64,000 nucleotides of DNA, from the NCBI RefSeq assembly GCF_009914755.1, contig NC_060936.1; one strand, written 5' to 3'. This DNA is from the human T2T-CHM13v2.0 reference genome, Homo sapiens. The notes below the pieces were generated by a model. That model saw nothing but the letters and a program-made list of their open reading frames with translations, had not been told where the DNA came from and ran no database searches. Position numbers and translations under genes: made by a program. Shown here one piece after another: positions 39,542 to 53,200 of this stretch (position 1 is the first letter of the stretch; the number at the start of each line of letters is the position of its first letter).

Positions 39542-42540
39542 AGTTTGGCCTGTCCAGAAATAAAATAATGTGGCAGAAAAGGTATATAAAACCTCTTGAG
39601 ATTTTAGGGAACTGATTAATAGCATCTCTACCTTTTCACATCAGAGTCCTGAACCAACTAAGAGGTAGAACAAAGTATCAAGCTGCTACAGATCAGGATA
39701 GTAGCTTTTTGCATTATGGGCTTAAATGTGTAGCCCCAATTTGGTTCCTTGAATTGAGCTTACAATTCAGATCAGCAATGCTCCCCTGCAAGTTCCCTGT
39801 AAGCTCACTATGCATCTGATAGAGCAGCATGCAGCCTCTTAGGAGGTAGGCAGATGGACAGTAAGAACCCTAAATGTCCTGGACTAAGCATGCTTAATTT
39901 CTTCCCCCAAATTTGTCAGTTAGGCCAAGCATCCTCCCCACTGCCCCACCTGGGCAAGATGGATGAAGGAAAGGATCCCAAAAGATGTAAATGTTGCTCC
40001 TTTTTTCCCCTTTAGTGCATGCAGTGGAAATTCCCCATCACTCGGTTGGAATATGAAGAGTAAAAATAAGTGTTCCCATCCTAAAAGAGACAACATGAAT
40101 TTCAATTCAAAGAAGAAAGATTCCAGATGGTTGGAATGATCAGGAAATAATTCAGAGAGAAGATAGTATCTGAGAAAGGCTTAAAAGAGGAATACAAATT
40201 AAACAGGCAAGATGAAAGAAAAGGGCTACCATAAGGAGCCTTGTAAAACGTCCAGAAGAAATAACTAGAAGAACTTCCAGGCTTCAAAAAGGACCCAGTT
40301 AACATTGGAGTGAATTTTTAATGAATTTAGTCAGTACGATTTGAGACTTTCTTTATTAATATTTAGGAGGCAAGGATAAGGCAGACATCATAAAGTGTTT
40401 ACAGTTAGCAAGTGTCGTAATGTATATTTAACTTAATGTGGCATTCTATGAAAGTAGTGTATCATTACAATAGATGTTGTGGAGTTCAGGCTCTGTTGCT
40501 GGACAAATGAAACCAGTATCTGTGTCAGTCTAGGAGGAGTAAAGAAGGGAAAATAATGAACAGATTTATGGGGAAAAGCAGAAGACAGACGTCTATAATG
40601 AAAGAGAAGTTTTGGAAAATGGATTAATGCCCAGAGATAAAACCCACACTATAATTATGAAAATCATTAGAATTTTAACAAAAGGAATTTTGAGGGCCAA
40701 ATAGCAGAGGGTCATCACTGGATGCTGAAATCACTAAGGATGCTTCTAAAAATGTTGGCACAATGTGGTGTAAGCTAGTGGAGAAAGATGGATACCCATC
40801 ACAGAAGTTGTTGGTGACATTGATGAAGAATTAAATAGCATAAATACAGAAAAAATAAGTGGCTTCAGAACATGCTGTTGGTTAATAATCTGGAAGTGGT
40901 ATTGGCTGATAAATAATATGGTGACGTATTCTCCTGTCCTTATAGAAAAAATAGGCTAGAAGGCATCAGGGAGAAATCGGGTTTCAATTAATAAAAAGTG
41001 TAACGAGCCTTGAAAAAGATTTGAGAATTTATTACAATGTGCAATAAAATGTAGCTAGTCAGTAACATATGATTTATGAGACACTAGCAAGGAAATGGGC
41101 CAGAGTATATATGTGGCCTGGGAAACAAGAGAGATCTAGGTAAGAAAAGGGAGTTGGGAACTATCAATAGCAAGGATTAAGAAAATGGGTTGAGAGAGAA
41201 GCTCCAGGAAACTGTTGACAGTACAGAAGGTGTCATAATTTAATCACTTCAGTCCTTTGGAATGGTATTGCCAAGTCACTTTGGGATGTTAAAAAATTAT
41301 ATTCCTTCAACACTTTATAATTAGGAACAGGAATTGGCATCATCCTATTGGAGCTTGCTGCTAACAACGTGGGAGTTTTTAGAGACAGATACAAGGTCTT
41401 GCCAACACATTCTAATGTAGTCACAATGCCATCCAGTGGTTACTTTGGTTACTTTACAGGTACTTTCCATTGCTCTTTAAGAATATATTTTATTTTATAG
41501 TTAATATTCATCAAAGTTTCAGAAAGCTTGTATGGAAAGTGTTTTATTATATCTTCAAAAATGGCATAGCAGGGATTTGATTTGCTATGTACTTCTAAGC
41601 TAATGGAGTTATATCCAGCTTGTTTTCTATATGTGTTATGCTCTGGGAAACATGATTTAGCCTGTCCTCTATCAAAATTAATGCAATAAGGAACCATGAA
41701 ATAATGGGACTTACACTGTATTCAATTTTAGTTCTAATAGAAACACAATGGAAAATAACATCTGCGACATAGGCCTGGTTGATCAGAGGAAAGTAATGGA
41801 CATTTGTTGCTGTGATTTTATTGGTGCTATGGGTTTTTTCCTTCACGGTATGCTCATCAGTATAGGGATAATGTAATAAATACTTTTGACTTCACTCGTA
41901 TTTAGTCTCAGTTTGTCTGTAAGGTCATAATGAGCAAACTTAAATGGGAAACATTAATTTGGCAGCTGACAACATAAAATAAATCTAGCTGCCATTAGCA
42001 AGGACCCTTCTTAAAATTTTTATAAAAGCACAGCTTTCAAGTTTATTGCACATCTCTTTAAAAATGTATTTCAAAGTAACTTCAGAGACATCTATTTGGC
42101 ACACTCAAACTTTTGGTGATGAAATTCCCTTTTGCCACAAAAATTCATTATTTGAATCTCCATGGTAAATTAGCTTTATGAGTTAGCTATTGTAATTATT
42201 TTTCTGTGAAGCAAAGGCAGGAGTAGAGACAATTTCATCATCTTATCATCATTTGTATGTGGAATCACTAAAGAGTTTACCCATGTGGAACCATGAAAGT
42301 CCCTGATTTACCCCTCTATCAGTAGGCATAAACATATCTAAACCACCCAAGAAACTGTACATTAATATTGCTTCTAAGACCTGGGGGTTGGGGGGTAGCA
42401 TCCCCACAGTCAACAATGTTAAAGTGATGAAACATTTTAAATAATTTTAATGTTAAAATAATTGGAGCCATTTCTTGTTTGATTATTTTCACACTATTGG
42501 TCCTTAAACTGTTTAAATTTGGTTCAGAAAGTACAGAGCG

Positions 42541-42837
42541 GGCCGGGTGTGGAGGGTCACACCTGTAATCCCAGCACTTTGGAAGGCCGAGGAGGGTGGA
42601 TCACCTGATGTTTAGAGTTCAAAACCAGCCTGGCCAACATGGTGAAACCTCATCTCTACTAAAAATACAAAATTAGCCAGGTATGGTGGTGCATGCCTGG
42701 AATCCCAGCTACTTGGGAGGCTGAGGCAGGAGAATCACTTGAACCTGGGAGGCTGAGGTTTCAGTGAGCCAAGATCACTCCATTCACTCCAGCCTGGGCA
42801 ACAAGAGCGAAATTCTGTCTCAAAAAAAAAAAAAAAA
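42541..42837 (+). mobile_element. AluSq-like
   Basis: ggccaacatggtg; ctgggcaacaagagcgaaa; A tail. Confidence 0.9.
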
Positions 42838-43569
42838 TACCAAAGTGATTTGGAAAAGAAAGTGATATTGATGTAAATGATGGCAGTGTCTGCAGATTTT
42901 CAGGGGTGTAGGAGCAAGAGATCTAATGTTACCCAGACCGAGTGGCAAAACTGAAGATAATGACCACAATAGAAACACTTCACAGTTCACAAGAGTTATG
43001 GTGTTTTATCTTCACTCATGTAGCTAAATACTCCATGTTGATATTCATTTGTCAATACTAAATTAAGCTGAGTAATTCTTTTAACTAAACACTGATACTC
43101 TACAACCTGCTTCGTACAGTACATTTATTGGGGGCTTTGTTCTTGTTGTTGAGTTCTATATTTTTTTAACTTTACATTTGAAAAAGTTTTAGACTTACAA
43201 AAAAAGTTGAAATAGTACAATGAACACACATATACCTTTGCTTACACCAAATGGTAACCTCTTTGCCACATTTGCTTTGACTATCAATTTATTTTTTTTG
43301 GAGTAAACTAGATAAAAATAAGTTGAAGACACTTCAACCTATAACCCTGTAAACCTTAGGGTTTACAACCCTACGTAGTTTACAATACTACTACATACTT
43401 CAGTAGTATCTCCTAAGAACAAAAATACTTTCCTGTATAACCACAATGTCAATCACACATCCAAAAATTGAACATTCGTCCAATAATATTATCCAATATA
43501 ATCTCTAAATTTAAATTCCCCCAATTCTCCAAAATTTCACTGATAACTCCATTGTAAAAGCATATTTCT

Positions 43570-44643
<1,074 letters not shown>

Positions 44644-45301
44644 CTATTCTTATCATTAATATTCTCTTCCCAGGATACCTTCTACCCAGTGTTTTTAGCA
44701 TAGTTGGCCCTTGCCTGAATCACTTATTATATTGACTATTACAAAAAGGTGATTTTCTAATTCTATCATTTCCTTTACATTTTGAGATCTTTTTTATTCT
44801 GTGAAGACTGTTCTCTTCCTTTTACTTAATAGTATCACTCAGCCACATAGATTCCTTTTTATTTCAATTTTTTTGTAGTCCATCACCATTATTTTTCTTT
44901 TTCATGCTCGTATTGTCTGAAATTTAGCTGATGAGAGCCACCAGAAACCACCCCTGTGTCTTTCTGACATGTCTCCAACAGATTTGGGGCATGTTCTTAC
45001 TTACAAAATAAGGTATTCTAGGCCCACTTTGTACCTTGCCTGTTCCAGACATTTGTTTTTTGTTTTGTTTTGTTTTGTTTTTTGTTTTTTTCCTATGGGC
45101 AATGATATTTGGAAACCTGCATATGCTCATTTTTACTGCAATATTATTTTTCTAGGCTCATTTGGTGGACAGGGCTATATTTTTCTTAATAATGAGTACA
45201 TAGTTATACCTCCAAGTCAAATCCAATACCATAGAATGTTTCCTCACTTTTCTCCATTTCATATGTTTATATCACATCTCCCACTGTCAAAACAGTAGTT
45301 T

Positions 45302-46392
45302 GTTTATTTATTTATATTTATTTATTTATTTTTGAGATGGAATTTCGCTCTTATAGCCCAGGCTGGAGTGCGATGGCGTGATCTCGGCTCACTGCAATCT
45401 CCTCAGCCTCCTGAGTAGCTGGGATTACATGCATGAGCCACCACACCCAGATATAGATATAGATATATCTATATAGATATAAATATATCTATATAGATAT
45501 AGATATAGATATATCTATATAGATATAGATATAGATATATAGATATAGATATATAGATATAGATATATAGATATAGATATAGATATATAGATATAGATAT
45601 AGATATATAGATATAGATATATAGATATAGATATAGATATAGATATATAGATATAGATATATCTATATAGATATATAGATATAGATATAGATATATAGAT
45701 ATAGATATAGATATATAGATATAGATATAGATATAGATAGATATAGATATATAGATATATAGATATAGATATAGATATATAGATATAGATATATAGATAT
45801 AGATATAGATATAGATATATAGATATAGATATAGATATATAGATACAGATTTAGATATATCTATATAGATATAGATATAGATATAGATATATCGATATGT
45901 CTATATCAGATATAGATATATCGATATATCTATATCGATATAGATATAGATATAGATATATCGATATAGATATATCCATATAGATATAGATATAGATATA
46001 TCTATATATATATCCATATAGATATAGATATATCTATATATATATCCATATAGATATAGATATAGATATATCTATATAGATATATCCATATAGATATAGA
46101 TATAGAGATATCTATATAGATATAGATATAGAGATATCTATATAGATATAGATATAGAGATATAGATATATCTATATAGATATAGATATAGATATATCTA
46201 TATAGATATAGATATATAGATATGGATATAGATTTAGATATATAGATATGGATATAGATATAGATTTTTTTTAATAGAGACGGGATTTCTCCATGTGGGT
46301 CAGGCTGGTCTCAAACTCCCGACCTCAGGTGATCAGCCCACTTCCGCCTCCCAAAGTATTGGGATTACAGGCGGGAGCCACCATGCCTGGCT
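45302..46392 (-). mobile_element. AluSp with expanded central linker and a ~28-bp right-arm deletion
   Basis: tttctccatg...ggtcaggctgg...ctcccgacctcagg (Sp diagnostics); TSD aaaacagtagttt at 45289-45301 and 46394-46406. Confidence 0.92.
45449..46265. repeat. ~815-bp complex (ATATAG)n/(ATATATAG)n array with inverted units
   Basis: Direct reading. Confidence 0.97.
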
Positions 46393-47092
46393 GAAAACAG
46401 TAGTTTCTAACGTCCTTGATCTATTTGCCATTTGCTCTAGCCTAAGTTTCAGATTTTTAATTATTCATTTTTGTCCTTGGACAATGTACCACTAAGGGTG
46501 TCTCACTTAACAATGTATATTGAAACTAACTTTACACTTGAAAAAGTTTTAGACTTACAGATTATAGAGATACACTTTATTCTTTTTTATGGCTCCATAG
46601 TTCTTCATTTTATGGATCTATCAGAATTTACTCAACCAATCCCTATAATTTGATATTTGGGATTTTCCCCAATATTATGCTATAATGACGTACTTTGTGC
46701 TTGTTATTTTATATTCTTCAAGACGTATCTTCAGGGTGAATTTCTAGAAGTGGGATTGCAAAGAGAAGAGTTACTAAAGATAAATACTTTTGTCAGATAT
46801 TGCCAAATTTCCCTCTATTAGAAATTGTACCATTTTGCATTTCCACCATTGTCCTTCCTAAAATAACCAAACCATTATTTCTCTTTGAAAATATGAACAA
46901 TATTAATTAACTAATATTAAAAAATAAAGAGCTTTTCTAGAACAAGCATAAGAATTCCTTACACACTATCCTCACTTCCTGATTCCAAACTCAAATTTAG
47001 ATTTTATAGGTAGAATATGCCACTGCAGAAGCAGAGAAGACTATAATTCTAGACAAGCCTCAACATATGTAATCATTTAAAGCTTTAGTATT

Positions 47093-47942
47093 GGTATTAG
47101 TCCATTCTCACATTGTTATAAAGAAGTATCTGAGACTGGTAATTTATTTTCTTTTTTTTTTTTTTAAAAAAGGAGTTTTAATTGGCTCGGGGTTCTGCAG
47201 GCTGTACAGATAGCATAATGCTGGCATCTTCTTAGCTTCTGAGGAGGCCTCAGGAAACTTATAATCATGGCTGAAGTGGAAGGAGGAGCAGGCGTCTCAC
47301 ATGGCAGGAGCAGGAGCAAGAGAGAGAGAAGGGGGAGATGCCACACTCTTTTAAATGAGCAGATCTCAAGAAAATGAACTCACTATCATGAGGACAGTAT
47401 CAAGAGAATGGTGCTAAACCATTCATGAGAAATCACCCCTATGATCCAATCACCTCCCAGCAGGCCCCACCTCCAACGTTGGGTGATATGGTTTGGCTGT
47501 GTCCCCCAGCCCAATCTCATCTTGAACTGTAGTTCCCATAATCCCTATATTTCATGGGAGGGACCCAGTGGGAGATAACTGAATCATGGGGGCAGTTACC
47601 TCCATGCTGTCCTCATGATAGCGAGTGAGTTCTCTCGAGAGCTGATGGTTTTATAAGGTGATTTTCCCCTCTTCACTCTGCATTCTCCTTGCTGCCGCCA
47701 CATGAAGAAGGACGTATATGCGTCCTCTCTGCCATGATTGTAAGTTTCCTGAGGCCTCCCAGCCCTGCAGAACTGCGAGTCAATTACACCTCTTTCCTTT
47801 AGAAATTACCCAGTCTTGGGTATGTCTTTATTAACACTGTGAGAATGGACTAATCCATTGTCCATTGTAATCCATTGTAAACTAATCCACGTTTACAATT
47901 GAACGTGAGATTTGGGTGAGGACACAGGTTCAAATGATATCA
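47093..47942 (-). mobile_element. MSTA-type MaLR solo LTR, interrupted by THE1
   Basis: gtattagtccattctcacattg...gaggcctcaggaaactta...gtgagatttgg...gatatca; 5-bp TSD gtatt at 47088-47092 and 47943-47947. Confidence 0.9.
47484..47857 (+). mobile_element. THE1 (C/D-like) MaLR solo LTR
   Basis: tgatatggtttggctgtgtcccc...aatctcatcttgaa...ccatgattgtaagtttcctgaggcctccc...gaatggactaatcca. Confidence 0.92.
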
Positions 47943-48229
47943 GTATTTATGATTGCATTTTTCTTGAGCTAATTAAAAATATTAAATAAAACAAAGTCAT
48001 TCATAACATAGAAATTTGGAGTGGAAAGAAATCTTAGGGATTTACTTTTATGGATCATATTAGCAGAAGGTGAAGTACTGACAATATAAAAATGATTGAA
48101 TGCATATCACATTGTTTCTTAGAGTATGGATCAATACATATAGCATTTTTGCCACTTTCTACTCAAAATACAATCTTCTCTCCCTTTTTTTTCTTCCAGG
48201 GCCCCCACTCTTCTCCATATCAACCGTAT

Positions 48230-49090
48230 ACCTTTCTAGATGTCTAATATATTTAAATAGTTCCTGAGACCCTATGATCTGATTTCTCAGTTTCCATTCC
48301 CAAGTAGCTAAGTGTGGCAGACCAGGTCATGTGACTGGAACCACTGTGGATTCTCCTCATGAGACACCAATGGGCTTTCACTGCTACTCAGTACTCCTGC
48401 TGCTCCAGGCTTCAAATGTCTGAAATTCCCACAATGCCCCTAATACCTTCTCTTTCAGTTGATAACCTTAGTTTTTAGTTCACATGAAGACCAACAACAT
48501 CCCATTGTGTTCCTATCAATTCTATCATCCCTTTTCCAGATCATCTTTATTTTCACTCTTTTTTCTCTTTCTCCTAGACAACCCCACCCCTACCTCATCC
48601 TCCATGCTCTTCCTCTGGAGCACTATAAGTCATCTCCGTTTTAATTTATAATGTTTTAAATCTTTCTCACTTCTGGTAACTTCTCTTTGTCTACACACAT
48701 GTATAGGTCTGTAACATTCTAAAGACAGCTTTTCACCATGTTACCCTGAGTTATTACTTTGTCTTTGTCCTTTCAACTGCAAAATTGTGCACTGTTTTAA
48801 AATCACAGCTTTTTACTCACTTGTCAAGCCCTTGTAATCCAGCTTCCACTTCATAATGCTGTTCTCTTAAAAGTTTCTAGTGACCTCTAAACTCTAATTT
48901 CAATAGTCTTTTACTGGTCTTCATCCTCCTTAAACTCACTTTAATGTTTGGTACTACTGATTGGTCTTTTTTTAACTCCCTTTCTGTGATTTTTTGGGAC
49001 ACTTTGGTGTCATGGTTTTCTTCCTAAATGCTCTTATTCTCTCTTGTTCATTAGTTTGTCCCAACTCCTAAAATTAAGCATTTCCTGAAA
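48230..49090 (+). mobile_element. Degenerate L2
   Basis: Pyrimidine-rich; tagtgacctc...ggtcttcatcctcctta...tggttttcttccta. Confidence 0.6.
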
Positions 49091-49475
49091 CATCTTCATA
49101 AAGTCTACTTGAGTAATTGACCAGATGAACAACAAGTTGAGGACCATCCATGAGAATATACCTCCTGGACTGTGAAAATAGCATAATGCATCCTGGGGAC
49201 TCAATCAACAAAGCCTGAGAGTAAAAGGAGAAAAAACTATAGATATGGGTAGGTCCAGATGATATGCGTATAGTTCAAGAACTTTATTTTTTAGACCAAC
49301 ACATATTGCAGTTAATTGCATCAATAGTTTTTAACTGACTGAAAGCAGAGATCTGAACTATAATTTAAAAGCATAAATGTTTACCCTTCTTCTAGCATCT
49401 CTGCTGAAAAGATTTTCTTTCAATCTGATAACCTAAAGCAAATTGCATAATATTAGTGTGTCTAAACTGTGCTTA

Positions 49476-49539
49476 GTTACTTCTCATTAGAAATCAGTTC
49501 TGTTACTTCTGTTACTTCTCATTAGAAATCAGTTCTGTT
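49476..49539 (+). repeat. Perfect 29-bp direct repeat
   Basis: gttacttctcattagaaatcagttctgtt at 49476-49504 and 49511-49539. Confidence 0.95.
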
Positions 49540-50035
49540 TCCCCATTTTTAAAGGCCTAACAATTTTAAAAAGTTAAATATTGTGTACAGATAATAATAT
49601 TGTTATAGCTTCATTTGATGTAGGTCAAATTCTGATGCAAACTGGTCCTTGTAATAATCGTTCAGAGTAAGAACCAAATGTGTTATATTCTTTTTAATTA
49701 AGAATTTAAGAAATATTTCATCATACATTCATTGCCTAAGTCAGCAAATGTTTATTGTGCACTGACTATGTGGAATTCACTTTTCTGAGCATTAGAGATT
49801 CAAGCTAGACAAACTTTTGTCCTCTGGAGCATGCACATTCCATCTGAATGAATTAAACTGGCTGAGATATTATGGTATATGTAGCTTACACATGCAGCAC
49901 CACTCACTTCGGGAAGAGACAAGTCTTCTGCAGTGAGTGGTGCTGCATAGGATGTACCAGCTTTTAGTGAACACAGTAAGTTGCGCAGACAGGAAGATAT
50001 TTGTCTTCTGTAGAGAGGAACTGGTTCATCTTTGC

Positions 50036-50242
50036 CAGTGGTTCTCAACCAGGGATGATACTGCCCCCAGGGGACATGGGCAATATCTGGAGATATTTTT
50101 AATTGCCACAACTCAGGGAAAAGGGTGCTACTGGCATTTAGTAATGCTGCTAAACATCCCACAATGCACAGGAGAGCTACCCCCAACCACCAAAGAATTA
50201 TGTAGTCCAAAATGTCAACAGTGTCAAGGCCAAGAAACCCTT
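50036..50242. mobile_element. MER20 (hAT-Charlie)
   Basis: cagtggttctcaacc...gcccccaggggacat...gtgctactggcat...ccaaaatgtcaacagtg...gaaaccct. Confidence 0.92.
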
Positions 50243-53200
50243 CTCTAGGCTAAAGGGTCTATGTGGCTTAATTACTGGGTTCTTTCTTAGAAGAACATAC
50301 ACCATGCTGTTCCCACAGCCCCTCTCCTCCCTCTTACCGTATAGATGGTCCTTTCAAGCTAATTTTTCTGGCTGTTTTTTGTTCCATGGGTAAACAGAGA
50401 ATGTTCAGGTTAGATATGTACCTTCTATTTGTTTTTCAAGCTGTTCTCAAGGGTCAATCAATGCTTACTAAAGTTTTCGAGCAAGCACTAAGGTAGTGAG
50501 TTCTGTGCCTGCTGGGCATAATTACAGGAAACAACTTTGTTTTTAAAATCTCATAACAAGAAGCACAAGCACAATCCACAAATTACAATTCCTTTGCAGT
50601 GTGTTTGTACCCTTAGCAGCTCACAGCAGGGCCACATCATCGTCTCCGCCAGCCACCATTTTTCTAGCTACCTTCCTAAAATATCAGAAACAACAAACTT
50701 CCCAGGGTGAGGAAACATCCTGTAGTTTTGCCCACATGGATCAGTATTTTTCCCATTCTGTCATTATGTTGCTATGAAGTAGACAATAAATTATTATGAA
50801 AATATGAATAGAAAGAGGAAGTGAGTCATGTAAATCATTATTAGTATTCTATTTCACGTGATGGAAAACTCACAGGGATCTTGGTGTTAGTCCAGAATTC
50901 ACTCATGTTTTCCCTTTATTTTAAATGCTGAAAAAAACATAGGTTGTAATGTTATCATTGTACTTGTAGAACTATATGACTAGATATGAACTAAGTTACT
51001 TGGCAACAGTTGAGCTCCAAATGGAACTTATGCCTTTATTAGTTATGTAACATTAGATACCTCACTTAACCTTTCAAGGGCTCAATTTGGTAATATGTTA
51101 AATAAATAAATTGAGCTAGTATCTGGCATGAGAATCCTGGGTTTGAATTTGGCATCATCAGTTTCTGGCCATGTGACCATCAGCAAGCCACCCACTGTGC
51201 AGAGAGATTATAATGAGATGAGATTAGCATGGGCATTACAAAGATTTTTGCCATTGCTGTTGTCACCAACAGATAATTATCTTGCATGTGTCTTCTATAG
51301 CACAACTGAAAATCACTGTAAACTATATTAAGAGATAATATGCAGCATTCAGAATATCTAAGATGGTCAGAATTAGGTAGGTTTTAAAACTCTTATGTTT
51401 CAGCTCTTTCCAAGTCAAATATGAATAACTATAATCCACATCTAGGAGTAGAAGTAAAAGAATGGAAATCTAATTTGCACCCCAGTGGTTTGTGACATCA
51501 TCTTTATTAACATGCACGCTCTGAGTATTTTAGATTCACTGGGAAACTGTTGATATTTAGAAAGGGAATATTTCTCTTTAAACTGGTAAAGCTTAAGCAT
51601 CTCCTCTGAAAATTCTTCTATCCCAGGATCTCTTTCCTGACATAAAACTGCATGAGCTGTGTTCTTACCGCAAGAGCATCTTCATTAGCAAACAGAAATG
51701 TCACCTAGCAAAAGGAAGTATCAAGAAGCCGGCTCTCTCCACTATGAATTGCCATCTTGGTCTGTACTACTGATCCTCAGGAGCACTAGTTATGCTCAGA
51801 AATTGACCTAAGACATTATTTACAGATTCTGTGAATTTCTAATTACCTTTGTTCACAAGAAGTCAATCATCAGTGCTTATGAAGAGTCACCTATTTGAAT
51901 GACAAATAACTAAGTGCTGGAGATTTATTAAAATGAAATTAAATGCTACTTAAATTATCTTTCACCTATCCATTTGCATTTCTATTTTTCCGACTGTTTT
52001 TCTAGCAGTTCTATTGAGCCTGGTAAGGTCTTCACCTCCATCAGGCACTTTTAGGGTTGAATGCACATTGGAGTGATCTAGTGTGAGATTTTACAGAACA
52101 ACTATTCCACCTTTCCAATATCCCTTCTGTGTTAGATTTCTCCAGAGTACACAGATAATAAGTGGCCACATTATATCTTGTTATATAAGTTTGCACTGCA
52201 GAAGGAATGGTCTGAGTCTTCAAGGAGCTGACATCTTTATTAGAGACAAAAGACAAATATATGTTAAAAAAAGAGTAGCCCATTCAAAAAAAGAAATCAG
52301 TCCATTACAGCAAATCTTCATTATATCAGCTAACTACTAGCAGTATGGACTGAAAATATGGATCAGTAGTATGTATATAGAAGTGACTTGAAAATATCCA
52401 TAATTACATACCAGTTCCACTGAACCAAGTAATGTATCATGTAATGATTATTTTATAGCAAAGTTAACTATACAGGCTTTTTCTATAAAATATGTCCTAT
52501 ATTTCCACTAATGTCCATTAGAAAATGAGAGATACTCTCCATTTTTTAAATCTTCAACATTTTCAACATTTTTGGCCAAAAAAATATTTAAATGCAATCC
52601 TGCAGCATGTTAAGAATTTAACTGTTTTACTTTCTGACATTTTAATTCTCAAAAATAGTTCATTTGGTGTCATAGCATTTTTTATATCTTTCTTTGTTCA
52701 AGAAGCTGCTTCTGTCACCTTTTCCCCTGACACCAAAGGATTTTCTTTATATTCAAGGATCCCCTCAAATTTACATCTTCTAAAACTTTCCTCTCATCTT
52801 TCTTTGCATGTGATTTTCTGGTATCTTCTGGATTTTACTTATTTCATAAGTATAAAATTTTTATGAGTAATATGACATAAAGTTCAATTACTTTATCAAT
52901 TCTAGACATTCAAATTCCTCTTATATATTCTACCTCACTTGCATGATACCTATGTTAGTTTGTATTTTATTTATATTTGTTGCACAAAGCCATTACTTTG
53001 TAAAAAGTATTCTTATACTATACTGGAAAAAGTGTAGAAAACCTGGGTTCTAGTCTTACATTGCTTGACATTTTCTTTCATCAATATTAGAATGGGAATA
53101 TTGTACTTGATTGTGTTCCTTTGCCCATAACTTTTTAATTGTGTGTGTTTTTTATATTCATGGGCATTTCAATTTATTATCCTCCCCAGGTCTAGAAAGC

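Noticed and set aside
45449-46265. Array as a CRISPR-like or GATA-binding array
   Set aside because: No unique spacers and the context is eukaryotic; most units read AGATAT, not the WGATAR consensus
49800-50248. Overlapping 136-aa and 103-aa ORFs
   Set aside because: Largely span MER20; no recognisable domain
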